This document shows, one piece after another, positions 34,840-43,397 of a stretch of 47,038 nucleotides of DNA (position 1 is the first letter of the stretch; every line of letters begins with the position of its first letter). The DNA is from Actinomycetota bacterium (GTDB lineage Bacteria; Actinomycetota; Actinomycetes; S36-B12). The notes under the pieces were generated by a model, which was given only the letters and a program-made list of their open reading frames with translations, made no database searches and was not told the origin of the DNA. The DNA is taken from positions 1 to 47,038 of the forward strand of contig WLOE01000002.1 of NCBI GenBank assembly GCA_009699465.1. The letters are read 5' to 3'. The position numbers and the translations under genes were made by a program.

Positions 34840-35668
34840 GTTGCACATCCAGATTAAGCACGTATGGAACTTTCTGTGCATTGAAATGCCCCACATTGAT
34901 GCATTCAGTACGTCCGATTCGAGCCCGGCGATGGAGCGGTTGATGCACATGGCCGAATAAATGGAATCGCGGCTGGGTTCTTTCAATGTAGGAGTTAATC
35001 GCACTGCATCCAAATTCAAAGCGCCGCGCGACCACATCGTAAGTCAATTCTGGAATCTGCGGTGGGATATGGGTGAAAAGAACATCAACTGGTCCAAGTT
35101 GTTCGAGTTTGGCCGCGTACACATCAGGCTCAATTTCATACGGCGTGCGCATTGGACTGACGAGCCCTCCACCGACAAATCCCATCCGCAACCCGTCAAT
35201 TTCAACAACCTCACCGTCGATGAGCCGATGGCCCGGCTGGCGATATTCATCCCACAATGCCGGCAGGTCGACATTGCCATACGTCATCAATGCAGGTTGC
35301 GGCATGGCGGAAAACATCGCGTCGTACTGCTTGCGAATAAGCCCCTCCATCGCGGAGCGACGATCGTGCGGAGCAATGATTCCAAGGCGTGCCCACGCTG
35401 CGGCGCTCAGTTCACGTGCATCTTCAAATCGGCCGTCGGTACGCGCAGTGATGTAAGCCCGGGCATGCTCCTCGCCAAAGAGATCAGCGTAAATTCCATG
35501 CGAAGGATCTTCGTAGTCCAGGTACAAAATGAGATCGCCGAGGCACACGAAAAGATCACTTCCCACGGCTGCTCCCTCAAGGGCCGCCGCTTCACCGTGT
35601 ACGTCAGAAACGACGTGGATGGAAACCACGAGGTCACAATGCCACGTGATCACCTTCACGTGGGTCAT
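34832..35668 (-). CDS. Metallophosphoesterase (calcineurin-like)
   Basis: IHVVSDVHGE, CLGDL, GNVD and LFGHVHQP motifs. The start is uncertain (ATG 35668 or an internal start nearer IHVVSD). 8-nt overlap with the SRPBCC gene. Confidence 0.7.
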   Translation of the reverse strand: MTHVKVITWHCDLVVSIHVVSDVHGEAAALEGAAVGSDLFVCLGDLILYLDYEDPSHGIYADLFGEEHARAYITARTDGRFEDARELSAAAWARLGIIAPHDRRSAMEGLIRKQYDAMFSAMPQPALMTYGNVDLPALWDEYRQPGHRLIDGEVVEIDGLRMGFVGGGLVSPMRTPYEIEPDVYAAKLEQLGPVDVLFTHIPPQIPELTYDVVARRFEFGCSAINSYIERTQPRFHLFGHVHQPLHRRARIGRTECINVGHFNAQKVPYVLNLDVQHG

Positions 35669-35736
35669 CGGATCGCGTACGGTGATTACTAACAATTGAA
35701 ATGTAACGACCCAGTCACGGAGTTGAGGAGCCAAGC

Positions 35737-37536
35737 ATGCTGCAGGAGTATTCCTCGTTAGGGCCGGCGAACTCCCCTAGCGCACCCAACTTGGCTAGCC
35801 ACATCATCGCCAATGCCAATTCGCACCCTGATCGAGTCGCCTTTCGCGTTCGCGACGGCTTCCTTCTCAAAGACGTCACCTGCAGCGAATTCCATCAACA
35901 GGTTCGTGCTATCGCCAAAGGCCTCATGTGCCTTGGTGTGGGATTCGGTGACCGAGTAGCCCTGATGTCTCGTACCCGCTACGAGTGGACCCTCTTTGAT
36001 TACGCAATTGGCTATGCAGGTGCCGTCAGCGTACCTATTTATGAAACGTCTTCATCTGACCAAGTGCAATGGATCCTGGAAGACTCGGGTGCCGTAGCCA
36101 TCATTTTGGAAAGCGAAAAACTTAAGCACCTATACGAGTCGATCTCGGCATCGCTACCGCAGGTTGCACACGCTCTCGTGATCGACGATGGATGCGTTGA
36201 ATTTCTCAAGCAGGTTGGCGCCAGTATCTCAGATCAGCAACTTGATGAGCGCCAACAACGAGTAACTCTCACCGATACCGCAACCATCATCTACACATCT
36301 GGCACTACTGGGCGACCAAAGGGATGTGTGCTCACTCAGGGCAATTGGGTCTTTGAGGTGGATGGTGCTATCGAAGCCTTCGGCCACATCTTGCTTGACG
36401 AACGCTCTTCTACCTTGTTGTTCTTGCCTTTCGCCCATGTATTTGGTCGCATTATTGAACTCGCCGCAGTGAAATGTCGAACAGTCATGGGCTTTTGTTC
36501 AGATACATCAACCTTGGTTCCCGAACTTCAAGAGTTCAAACCTTCATTCATATTGGCGGTGCCTCGAGTATTTGAAAAGGTCTACAACACTGCTGCGCAA
36601 AAGGCTCAGAACGATGGCAAAGCCAAGATCTTTGATACTGCTGTTTCTGTGGCGATTCGCTACAGCGAAGCAATCGAAACCGGTTCACATTCGCTAGCAC
36701 TATCCATCAAACACAAGCTGTTTGACGTGTTGGTCTATAAGAAATTGCGTGCCGCAATGGGTGGCGAAGTCAAGTACGCAATCTCAGGTGGGGCACCTTT
36801 AGGCACGCGGCTTGGTCACTTTTATCGGGGTATTGGGCTTGAGGTCTTCGAGGGATACGGCCTTACGGAAACCACTTCAGCGATCACCGCTAATCATCCA
36901 AACTCAGTGAAGATCGGCTCTGTTGGTCGACCAATGCCTGGCACCACCATTCGTATCGCAGAAGACGGTGAAGTCATGGCGTTCGGCGGCCAAATCTTCA
37001 GCAGCTATCTGCACAATGAGCGCGCAACGGCTGATGCCTTTACTGCTGATGGCTGGTTCCACACCGGTGATATCGGCAACATTGACGACGAAGGCTTCCT
37101 ATCGATTACTGGCCGAAAGAAAGAAATCATCGTGACTGCAGGTGGCAAGAATGTCGCCCCAGCAGTGCTTGAAGATCGCATCCGCGCCCATTGGTTAGTT
37201 TCGAATTGCCTTGTCGTTGGCGACGCCAAGCCTTACATCGCAGCCATCATCACGATTGACGATGAAGCATTCCCCGCTTGGCTTGCTGCAAACGCAAAGC
37301 CGGCCGGGGGAACCGTTGCTGAGTACATCAACGATCCAGCCCTTCTCCTGGAAATTCAGCACGCTGTTGATGAAGCCAACTCCGCGGTATCACATGCAGA
37401 AGCCATTAAGAAATTTGTGATCTTGGATCATGATTGGACAGAAGCTGACGGACACATCACGCCATCATTGAAATTGAAACGAACGGTGGTCATGCGTAAT
37501 TACCAGGACTGGATCGACCAGCTCTACTCAAGCTGA
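35737..37536 (+). CDS. fadD15: Long-chain fatty-acid--CoA ligase (AMP-forming)
   Basis: IIYTSGTTGRPKG, GYGLTET, TGDIG and GRKKEIIVTAGGKNVAP motifs. Syntenic with Rv2187. Confidence 0.85.
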   Translation: MLQEYSSLGPANSPSAPNLASHIIANANSHPDRVAFRVRDGFLLKDVTCSEFHQQVRAIAKGLMCLGVGFGDRVALMSRTRYEWTLFDYAIGYAGAVSVPIYETSSSDQVQWILEDSGAVAIILESEKLKHLYESISASLPQVAHALVIDDGCVEFLKQVGASISDQQLDERQQRVTLTDTATIIYTSGTTGRPKGCVLTQGNWVFEVDGAIEAFGHILLDERSSTLLFLPFAHVFGRIIELAAVKCRTVMGFCSDTSTLVPELQEFKPSFILAVPRVFEKVYNTAAQKAQNDGKAKIFDTAVSVAIRYSEAIETGSHSLALSIKHKLFDVLVYKKLRAAMGGEVKYAISGGAPLGTRLGHFYRGIGLEVFEGYGLTETTSAITANHPNSVKIGSVGRPMPGTTIRIAEDGEVMAFGGQIFSSYLHNERATADAFTADGWFHTGDIGNIDDEGFLSITGRKKEIIVTAGGKNVAPAVLEDRIRAHWLVSNCLVVGDAKPYIAAIITIDDEAFPAWLAANAKPAGGTVAEYINDPALLLEIQHAVDEANSAVSHAEAIKKFVILDHDWTEADGHITPSLKLKRTVVMRNYQDWIDQLYSS

Positions 37537-37546
37537 AACTTCGAAC

Positions 37547-38635
37547 CTAAAGAAGGCGTCCTACACCGGTGAAATACTTGCGATACCAAGGCCCGAGCAC
37601 CGCAGTAACTTCAACGCCGTCACGTGGGTTTGCTGCATGCACCATCTTTCCACCGCCGATATACATACCGACGTGGTGAACACTTCCACCAAAGAAGAAC
37701 ACAAGATCGCCAGGCTTAGCTTGACTCAACGAAATTTTGCGGACCTTGCTGTATTGGGAATAGCTGTAATGCGGCAACGAGATACCCGCTTGTCTCCAAG
37801 CAGCCATTGTCAAACCTGAACAGTCAAAGGTTGTTGGTCCAGATCGCGCGGCAACATAACGATTGCCGACCTTGGACAACGCATAACGAACCGCCTTAGT
37901 GGCACGTGGACTCACACCAGGAATTGGTCGAGTAGAGATCTGCCGCTTTGCTTTTTTCGCTGCTGCCGCTGACGCCTTTTTTGCTTTCGCCGCGATGGCA
38001 GCTAGGCGTCGGCGTTCCTCAGCCTGAAGCCCTGCAAGGACTGCACTGGCTGCGGCAAGTTGGGAAACAGCTTCACGCTTAGCCCCAGCCATGTCATTGC
38101 GAACCCCTTGTGCAATCTTTTCTTTTGCCGCCATCTCAGCCAATGTTTGCGCGAGTCGAAGCCGTGCAGTTTGGGTGCGACGGATGGAGGCTGTTTGAGA
38201 TTTGGCGACTTGATCCACTGCGGCAGCCTGCGACAGGAACTGACTTGGATCATCGGCCAGAAGAATTTCCAATGAACTATCCAGCCCACCGCCGATATAC
38301 GTTGCGCGAGCCAAACTATCGACGGTGCCACGGATTGCATTGAGTTCAGTTTGCTGCCGTTTGGCTTTAGTACGCAAGACCGACAAGGTGGCATTGACAT
38401 CATTCAGGCGCCCTTGAGACTGATTAAAGCGCTCAGTAGCTGCCTCTGCTTTGGCCTGAAGGTCCATCACTCGTTCACGGACGGCAGCAAGATTGCTCGG
38501 TTCTGCGCTGGCCGGGCCGGCTGAAATCGAGACCAGACTGCTCAAGGCAATCACGGCGCCAAGAACCGCGGTTACACCACGGTGTCGTCGCTGTGCCAAG
38601 ACAAGTCCTTTCTCGCATGCGCTGATCGTGGACAT
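37547..38635 (-). CDS. NlpC/P60 peptidoglycan endopeptidase with an N-terminal coiled coil (RipC-like)
   Basis: Signal peptide, then a long coiled coil. The C-terminal domain has FDCSGLT (Cys), HVGMYIG (His) and MVHAANP. Syntenic with Rv2190c. Confidence 0.85.
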   Translation of the reverse strand: MSTISACEKGLVLAQRRHRGVTAVLGAVIALSSLVSISAGPASAEPSNLAAVRERVMDLQAKAEAATERFNQSQGRLNDVNATLSVLRTKAKRQQTELNAIRGTVDSLARATYIGGGLDSSLEILLADDPSQFLSQAAAVDQVAKSQTASIRRTQTARLRLAQTLAEMAAKEKIAQGVRNDMAGAKREAVSQLAAASAVLAGLQAEERRRLAAIAAKAKKASAAAAKKAKRQISTRPIPGVSPRATKAVRYALSKVGNRYVAARSGPTTFDCSGLTMAAWRQAGISLPHYSYSQYSKVRKISLSQAKPGDLVFFFGGSVHHVGMYIGGGKMVHAANPRDGVEVTAVLGPWYRKYFTGVGRLL

Positions 38636-38727
38636 CTTGGATAAGACGCCGGTGATCTACAGGCAGTTCCTGCCTGCGCTGATCAAGATTTCCCCTGATC
38701 AGAGCCCTATGACGGTAACACGAGGGG

Positions 38728-38958
38728 CTATCCGGCCCGCCGTTTCGCTCCGGTATTTGGAGTATTTCCCGCTCCCACCACGAGTCGAAGTGGTGGAATC
38801 AGACCCCCTTGAGCCAGCGCGTCGATAGCAGCCACATGTTCGTCAGCGATGGCTGGCTGTTCAGGAACTGCAAATTCCGGCATTCCTAACAATACGGATA
38901 CAACGCAATCCCCACATGCGAGCGGGGCTGCCGTGCATAGGTCACAGTCAATGTTCAT
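38728..38958 (-). CDS. Small hypothetical protein with an N-terminal CxxC-x6-CxxC
   Basis: 76 aa from ATG 38958 (MNIDCDLCTAAPLACGDCVV...). Only a weak Shine-Dalgarno sequence. Coding status rests on ORF length and codon appearance only. Confidence 0.4.
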   Translation of the reverse strand: MNIDCDLCTAAPLACGDCVVSVLLGMPEFAVPEQPAIADEHVAAIDALAQGGLIPPLRLVVGAGNTPNTGAKRRAG

Positions 38959-38998
38959 ACCCCAAAACTTAGAAAGGGGGTCTGACACTCACTCGTGA

Positions 38999-39277
38999 TC
39001 AGACGCCACCATCTCCTGGGCCTTCGCTGGCTGGACCACCAAATTCTGGGCGTGCCACGAGCTCAACGGCATCACTGGCGTTACACCAACGACACTGAAT
39101 CTTTTCAACCTCTTCACTGAGCACTTCACGCTCTTCAATGACTGGCACACCAGCCATATCCAAGTGCCAAAACTCCTGCACTCGTGAGGAGCGCACCACG
39201 GTGAACCGGGTCAAGTTGCCGCAATGGGCACAACGGAATCGGGACTTGTCATCTGCAAGAGTGTTAGCCACCCTCAA
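38999..39277 (-). CDS. Small zinc-ribbon-like protein (two CxxC pairs)
   Basis: RFRCAHCGN...IQCRWCNAS with an acidic C-terminus. Start is TTG 39277 or GTG 39271 (AGGA lies 7 nt upstream of the latter). Confidence 0.5.
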   Translation of the reverse strand: MRVANTLADDKSRFRCAHCGNLTRFTVVRSSRVQEFWHLDMAGVPVIEEREVLSEEVEKIQCRWCNASDAVELVARPEFGGPASEGPGDGGV

Positions 39278-39312
39278 ATCCTAACGGCCGACATACGCGC
39301 CTTGCTCGGCAC

Positions 39313-39334
39313 TGTCTGAGGTCAGACATACGCT
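39313..39334 (+). promoter_or_regulatory. 16-bp perfect palindrome abutting a -10-like hexamer, 7 nt before the exonuclease ATG
   Basis: TGTCTGAGGTCAGACA (39313..39328), then TACGCT (39329..39334), then gaaactt, then ATG at 39342. Overall cTGTCTgag-N8-TACGCT partly matches RecA-NDp with exact spacing. Confidence 0.4.
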
Positions 39335-39341
39335 GAAACTT

Positions 39342-41111
39342 ATGTATGAGCAGTTAGCCACCGAGGAACTTGGTCTGACCCTGCTCGAAACAACCTTCGT
39401 CATCGTCGACTTAGAAACCACCGGCGGGAGCCCAAAGCAAGCAGCCATCACCGAAATTGGGGCAGTGAAAGTCCGCGGTGGGGAAATTGTGGGCGAATTT
39501 GCCACGCTGGTGAATCCTCAGGTTGCGATCCCGCCATTCATTGCCGCACTCACCGGTATCACCGACACACTCGTTGCGAGTGCACCAACGATTCGAGTGG
39601 TATTGCCCTCACTTCTTGAGTTCATCGGCGATGCTGTGGTCGTTGCACATAACGCGCCCTTTGATGTTGGCTTCTTAACTGCCGCATGCGTGCAACAGGA
39701 TTTGCAGTGGCCAAAGCCGCAAGTGGTGGATACAGCACGCTTAGCTCGCGTCGCATTGCATCGTGACGAAGTACCTAACTGCAAGCTCGGAACTTTAGCC
39801 GCACACTTCCACTCACCCACTACGCCAACACATCGCGCTCTTGACGATGCACGAGCAACAGTTGATGTACTCCACGGCCTCTTTGAACGTGTTGCAAATC
39901 ATGGTGTCACCACATTGGAAGATCTCAAAGCATTCACATCACGCGTCACTGTAAAGCAACGCGAAAAGCATCACCTAGCAAAGGGTTTGCCGGCAAAGCC
40001 TGGCGTCTATTTATTTAAAGATGCTCAAGGATCAACCTTGTATGTCGGCACATCCAAGAACATTGCATTGCGAGTACGAAATTACTTCACAGCCAGCGAA
40101 ACTCGACGACGCATCAAGGACATGGTTGGCATTGCAACACAGGTCCAACCGATTGTGTGTGCAAGCGCACTAGAAGCACGCGTACGAGAACTCCGTTTTA
40201 TTTCAAGTGAGCAACCGCGCTACAACGTGCGATCAAAAAAACCTGCATCACAAGCCTGGATCACACTGACAAACGAAGCTGTGCCTCGCTTAAGTATCGT
40301 GCGCACACCCAAGGATGAAGATGCGCCAGCCTTTGGCCCATTCAACGGCAGACATGCAGCACAAGAGGCACTGGAAACTCTGAGTTGGGTGTTTAACATT
40401 CGTACTTGCACCACGAAGTTTCGCAAACTTCCAGTGGTGAACGAATCTGCAGCGCACGGTTGCTCCCGCTTTGATCTTGGCCGCTGCGTTGCGCCCTGTA
40501 AAGGCGATTACGAACCCCATCACCAGGTCGTGCATCGCGCATTTACGGCCATGCAAGGAGACCTCCGCTCCATCACTCACGCAATTACTGAACACCTGAG
40601 GTACTTGAGCAATCAAGAACGCTTTGAAGACGCAGGCCTTTGGCGCGATCGCTTGACGATGCTGGCGCAATCAAGTGTGCGTTCACATCGACTTGGTCAG
40701 TTATGCGTCACGCAAGAGATCGTTGCTGCTTGCCCTACGCCAGACGGAGGTTGGGAAATCCACATCATCCGGCACGGCCGCCTAGCAGGCGCAGGAATCG
40801 CCGATCCAGGTGTTGATCCCCTACCGATCGTGGAAACCCTCATTGCTACCGCTGACTTAGGAGTGCATGAGGTGTTGACCGAAGAAACCGCTGCTATTGC
40901 AGACTGGCTCGATCAACCTGGTGTGCGCTTAGTCCACACCAGCTCATCACTATCGATGCCTGTGCATTGTGGCGGCAACTTAGTTAAGCAACTTATTTCT
41001 GCAAGGAAAGCAGCGAATACAGCGGTACTTCACGTTGATGCAGGCCTGCCTTCAATGCGACCGATCGGTCCACGCAAAGGCGCAGTGACGCGAATACGAA
41101 CTACTGCCTGA
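39342..41111 (+). CDS. DEDD (DnaQ-like) 3'-5' exonuclease fused to a GIY-YIG/UvrC-N-like domain
   Basis: Exo motifs FVIVDLETTG, VVAHNAPFDVGFL and HRALDDARATVDV, followed by GIY-YIG PGVYLFKDAQGSTLYVGTSKNIALRVRNYF. Syntenic with Rv2191. Confidence 0.85.
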   Translation: MYEQLATEELGLTLLETTFVIVDLETTGGSPKQAAITEIGAVKVRGGEIVGEFATLVNPQVAIPPFIAALTGITDTLVASAPTIRVVLPSLLEFIGDAVVVAHNAPFDVGFLTAACVQQDLQWPKPQVVDTARLARVALHRDEVPNCKLGTLAAHFHSPTTPTHRALDDARATVDVLHGLFERVANHGVTTLEDLKAFTSRVTVKQREKHHLAKGLPAKPGVYLFKDAQGSTLYVGTSKNIALRVRNYFTASETRRRIKDMVGIATQVQPIVCASALEARVRELRFISSEQPRYNVRSKKPASQAWITLTNEAVPRLSIVRTPKDEDAPAFGPFNGRHAAQEALETLSWVFNIRTCTTKFRKLPVVNESAAHGCSRFDLGRCVAPCKGDYEPHHQVVHRAFTAMQGDLRSITHAITEHLRYLSNQERFEDAGLWRDRLTMLAQSSVRSHRLGQLCVTQEIVAACPTPDGGWEIHIIRHGRLAGAGIADPGVDPLPIVETLIATADLGVHEVLTEETAAIADWLDQPGVRLVHTSSSLSMPVHCGGNLVKQLISARKAANTAVLHVDAGLPSMRPIGPRKGAVTRIRTTA

Positions 41112-42192
41112 GCATGAGTTCTTGACTCAGCACGATCCATCTCTTCAACACTTCAGCGACAGCTCCGCTGGCAAGGACCTCACGCACCTGCGGAAGTTTC
41201 GCTGCAACCCGATCGTGAAGAGTTCCATCAATTCCTTGACCACTGAGTGCGTCATAGGCAACAAGCGCTGCAGCCGCATTGAGTGCTACCACTTCTTGAA
41301 TCGCGACGATGCGCGCTGAATCTCCGGCAGCTCTGTCATCCATGCCAATGGCCTGTCGCAATAACTGAGCATTACGAACACGATCGCCACCAACAAGTTG
41401 CCCTGCATCAACCGCCGTCAACCCCAGTGCCGTTGGATCCAAGGTTGATTTCACAACAGAACCATTGGTGATATCCCATACGGTTGAAGTTGTAGTAGTC
41501 GAAAGTTCATCGAGACCATCATCGCCGCGCACCACAAGTGCGCTAACCCCACGAGCTGCAAGCACCTCGGCAATCACTGGTGCGCGTTGAACATCTGCAA
41601 CTCCCAGCAACATTGCTTTTGCGTCTGCAGGGTTACAAAGTGGTCCGAGCAAGTTGAAAACCGTGGGAATACCGAGTTCTTTTCGCACTAGACCTACATG
41701 ACGCATTGCTGGATGGTGGCGCGGAGCAAATGCAAACCCAATGCCAACCTCTTCAACGCATTGCTTCACGTGTTCTGGTGTGAGCTCAATGGCAACACCA
41801 AGTTCTTCAAGTACATCCGCGGTTCCCGTTTGCGATGACGCCGCACGATTGCCGTGTTTTGCAACTGGCACTCCACAGGCGGCAACAACAAGCGCCGTCA
41901 TTGTTGAGATGTTTACGGTGTTCGCCTGATCGCCTCCAGTGCCAACGATGTCCATGGCTGGTGTCGAAGTCGTGAAGGTATTCGCATGCTGAGTCATTTC
42001 GGCAACAAGCGCTGCTACCTCGCCTGGAGTTTCACCTTTGGTTCGTAACCCAATAACAAATCCTGCAATCTGCGCATCGGTTGCATCGCCAACCAGCATG
42101 TGTTGCATGGCCCACGAACACTGCTCAGGAGACAGTTCGTTCTTTGATGCCAAGGTCCCGAGCAAAGTCGACCAGGTGAAATCGGTGCCCAC
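41101..42192 (-). CDS. trpD: Anthranilate phosphoribosyltransferase
   Basis: DIVGTGGDQANTVNISTMTA, KHGNRAASS and other family motifs. Syntenic with Rv2192c. Confidence 0.92.
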   Translation of the reverse strand: MGTDFTWSTLLGTLASKNELSPEQCSWAMQHMLVGDATDAQIAGFVIGLRTKGETPGEVAALVAEMTQHANTFTTSTPAMDIVGTGGDQANTVNISTMTALVVAACGVPVAKHGNRAASSQTGTADVLEELGVAIELTPEHVKQCVEEVGIGFAFAPRHHPAMRHVGLVRKELGIPTVFNLLGPLCNPADAKAMLLGVADVQRAPVIAEVLAARGVSALVVRGDDGLDELSTTTTSTVWDITNGSVVKSTLDPTALGLTAVDAGQLVGGDRVRNAQLLRQAIGMDDRAAGDSARIVAIQEVVALNAAAALVAYDALSGQGIDGTLHDRVAAKLPQVREVLASGAVAEVLKRWIVLSQELMLRQ

Positions 42193-42198
42193 GGGAAA

Positions 42199-42615
42199 TT
42201 AACTGGCGCGAGCGACCCGGCGCTGCAATTGCTCGCCCACGCGCATCGCTAGGTCAATGGCATTGATGGGGTGAGCTGCAACGGCATCGGCGCGTGACCA
42301 TGTTGCTAACCAGGCATCTTGTTGACGTGCGATGAGCACCAAAATCGGTGGGCATTCATAGATTTCATCTTTCAATTGACGAGAGATGCCCATTCCTCCT
42401 GCTGGAGTAGCTTCCCCATCAAGGATGAACAGATCAATGCCACCTGCATCGGCGGCAGCGATCAATGCCGGCTCTGTGGCCACTTCCAAGTACGTCACCT
42501 CGGGCAGACCCGGCACCGGACGTTTACCAAGTGCCAGCAGTACGTCACGGCGAACCGCATGATCGTCGCTGTACACCAGAACGCGAAGTGGGCCAGGCGT
42601 AGGAACTGAAGTCAC
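42199..42615 (-). CDS. Stand-alone receiver (CheY-like) domain protein, atypical
   Basis: RVLVYSDD (acidic pair) and DLFILDGEA (phospho-acceptor Asp position). The positions expected for the conserved Thr/Ser and Lys-Pro read IAR and HP. Lies 6 nt upstream of trpD. Confidence 0.55.
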   Translation of the reverse strand: MTSVPTPGPLRVLVYSDDHAVRRDVLLALGKRPVPGLPEVTYLEVATEPALIAAADAGGIDLFILDGEATPAGGMGISRQLKDEIYECPPILVLIARQQDAWLATWSRADAVAAHPINAIDLAMRVGEQLQRRVARAS

Positions 42616-42743
42616 CTCTCAACTGTACTGGTTTGGACCCAACACAACCCTGCGGGCTCCCCTCATAAAAATGTGACCAATCCCCTAACCAAATAGACCG
42701 GGGTCAGGGAGCAATCCGGACAATAATCTGACACACTCGTTTC

Positions 42744-43346
42744 GTGGCAACCGCAACCGCTCCTTCGGCTTATTCACACGCCCCGGCGAATCGTCCCAAC
42801 ATGGTGTCGATTGGCACCATCGTGTGGCTGTCCAGCGAACTTATGTTCTTCGCTGCGCTCTTCGCTATGTACTTCACCCTTCGGGCAGTGAATCCTGAAC
42901 TTTGGGCCAATGAGACCGAACTGCTGAACATCCCGTTTGCCAGCATCAACACCACTGTGTTGGTCCTGTCATCGGTGACCTGCCAGCTCGGGGTGTTTGC
43001 CGCTGAACGTGGAGATGTCAAAAGCCTGCGACGTTGGTTCGTGATCACTTTCTTGATGGGCACGTTCTTCGTGGCCGGACAGATCACTGAATACACCGTG
43101 TTGGTCCGCGAGGGCCTAACCCTTTCGTCAAGCGCTTATGGCAGCGCCTTTTACCTCACCACGGGCTTCCATGGTCTCCATGTCACGGGTGGCTTGGTGG
43201 CCTTCCTCTTCGTCCTTGCTACGACATATGTCGCCAAGCGCTTCACGCACGATCAAGCCACTCGCGCCATCGTTGCCTCGTATTACTGGCACTTTGTTGA
43301 CGTAGTCTGGATCGCGCTGTTCTTCATGATCTACATCCTGAAGTAA
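42744..43346 (+). CDS. ctaE: Cytochrome c oxidase subunit III
   Basis: [25 protein letters not shown] and [14 protein letters not shown] closely match my memory of mycobacterial CtaE. GTG start. Confidence 0.9.
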   Translation: MATATAPSAYSHAPANRPNMVSIGTIVWLSSELMFFAALFAMYFTLRAVNPELWANETELLNIPFASINTTVLVLSSVTCQLGVFAAERGDVKSLRRWFVITFLMGTFFVAGQITEYTVLVREGLTLSSSAYGSAFYLTTGFHGLHVTGGLVAFLFVLATTYVAKRFTHDQATRAIVASYYWHFVDVVWIALFFMIYILK

Positions 43347-43397
43347 ACCCCTCTTCTTATTCTCCTGCACTATTCGAACAAGGAAAGGTCTGAACGA

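Noticed and set aside
38636-38760. A ydaO-type (cyclic-di-AMP) riboswitch upstream of the NlpC/P60 endopeptidase, as seen for some actinobacterial wall hydrolases.
   Set aside because: The leader is only about 92 nt. I could not find the conserved GGGGACCCA, GGGGUGAAUC or CCGAA elements I recall for that riboswitch; only an isolated GGGGA is present. An Infernal scan is needed for certainty.
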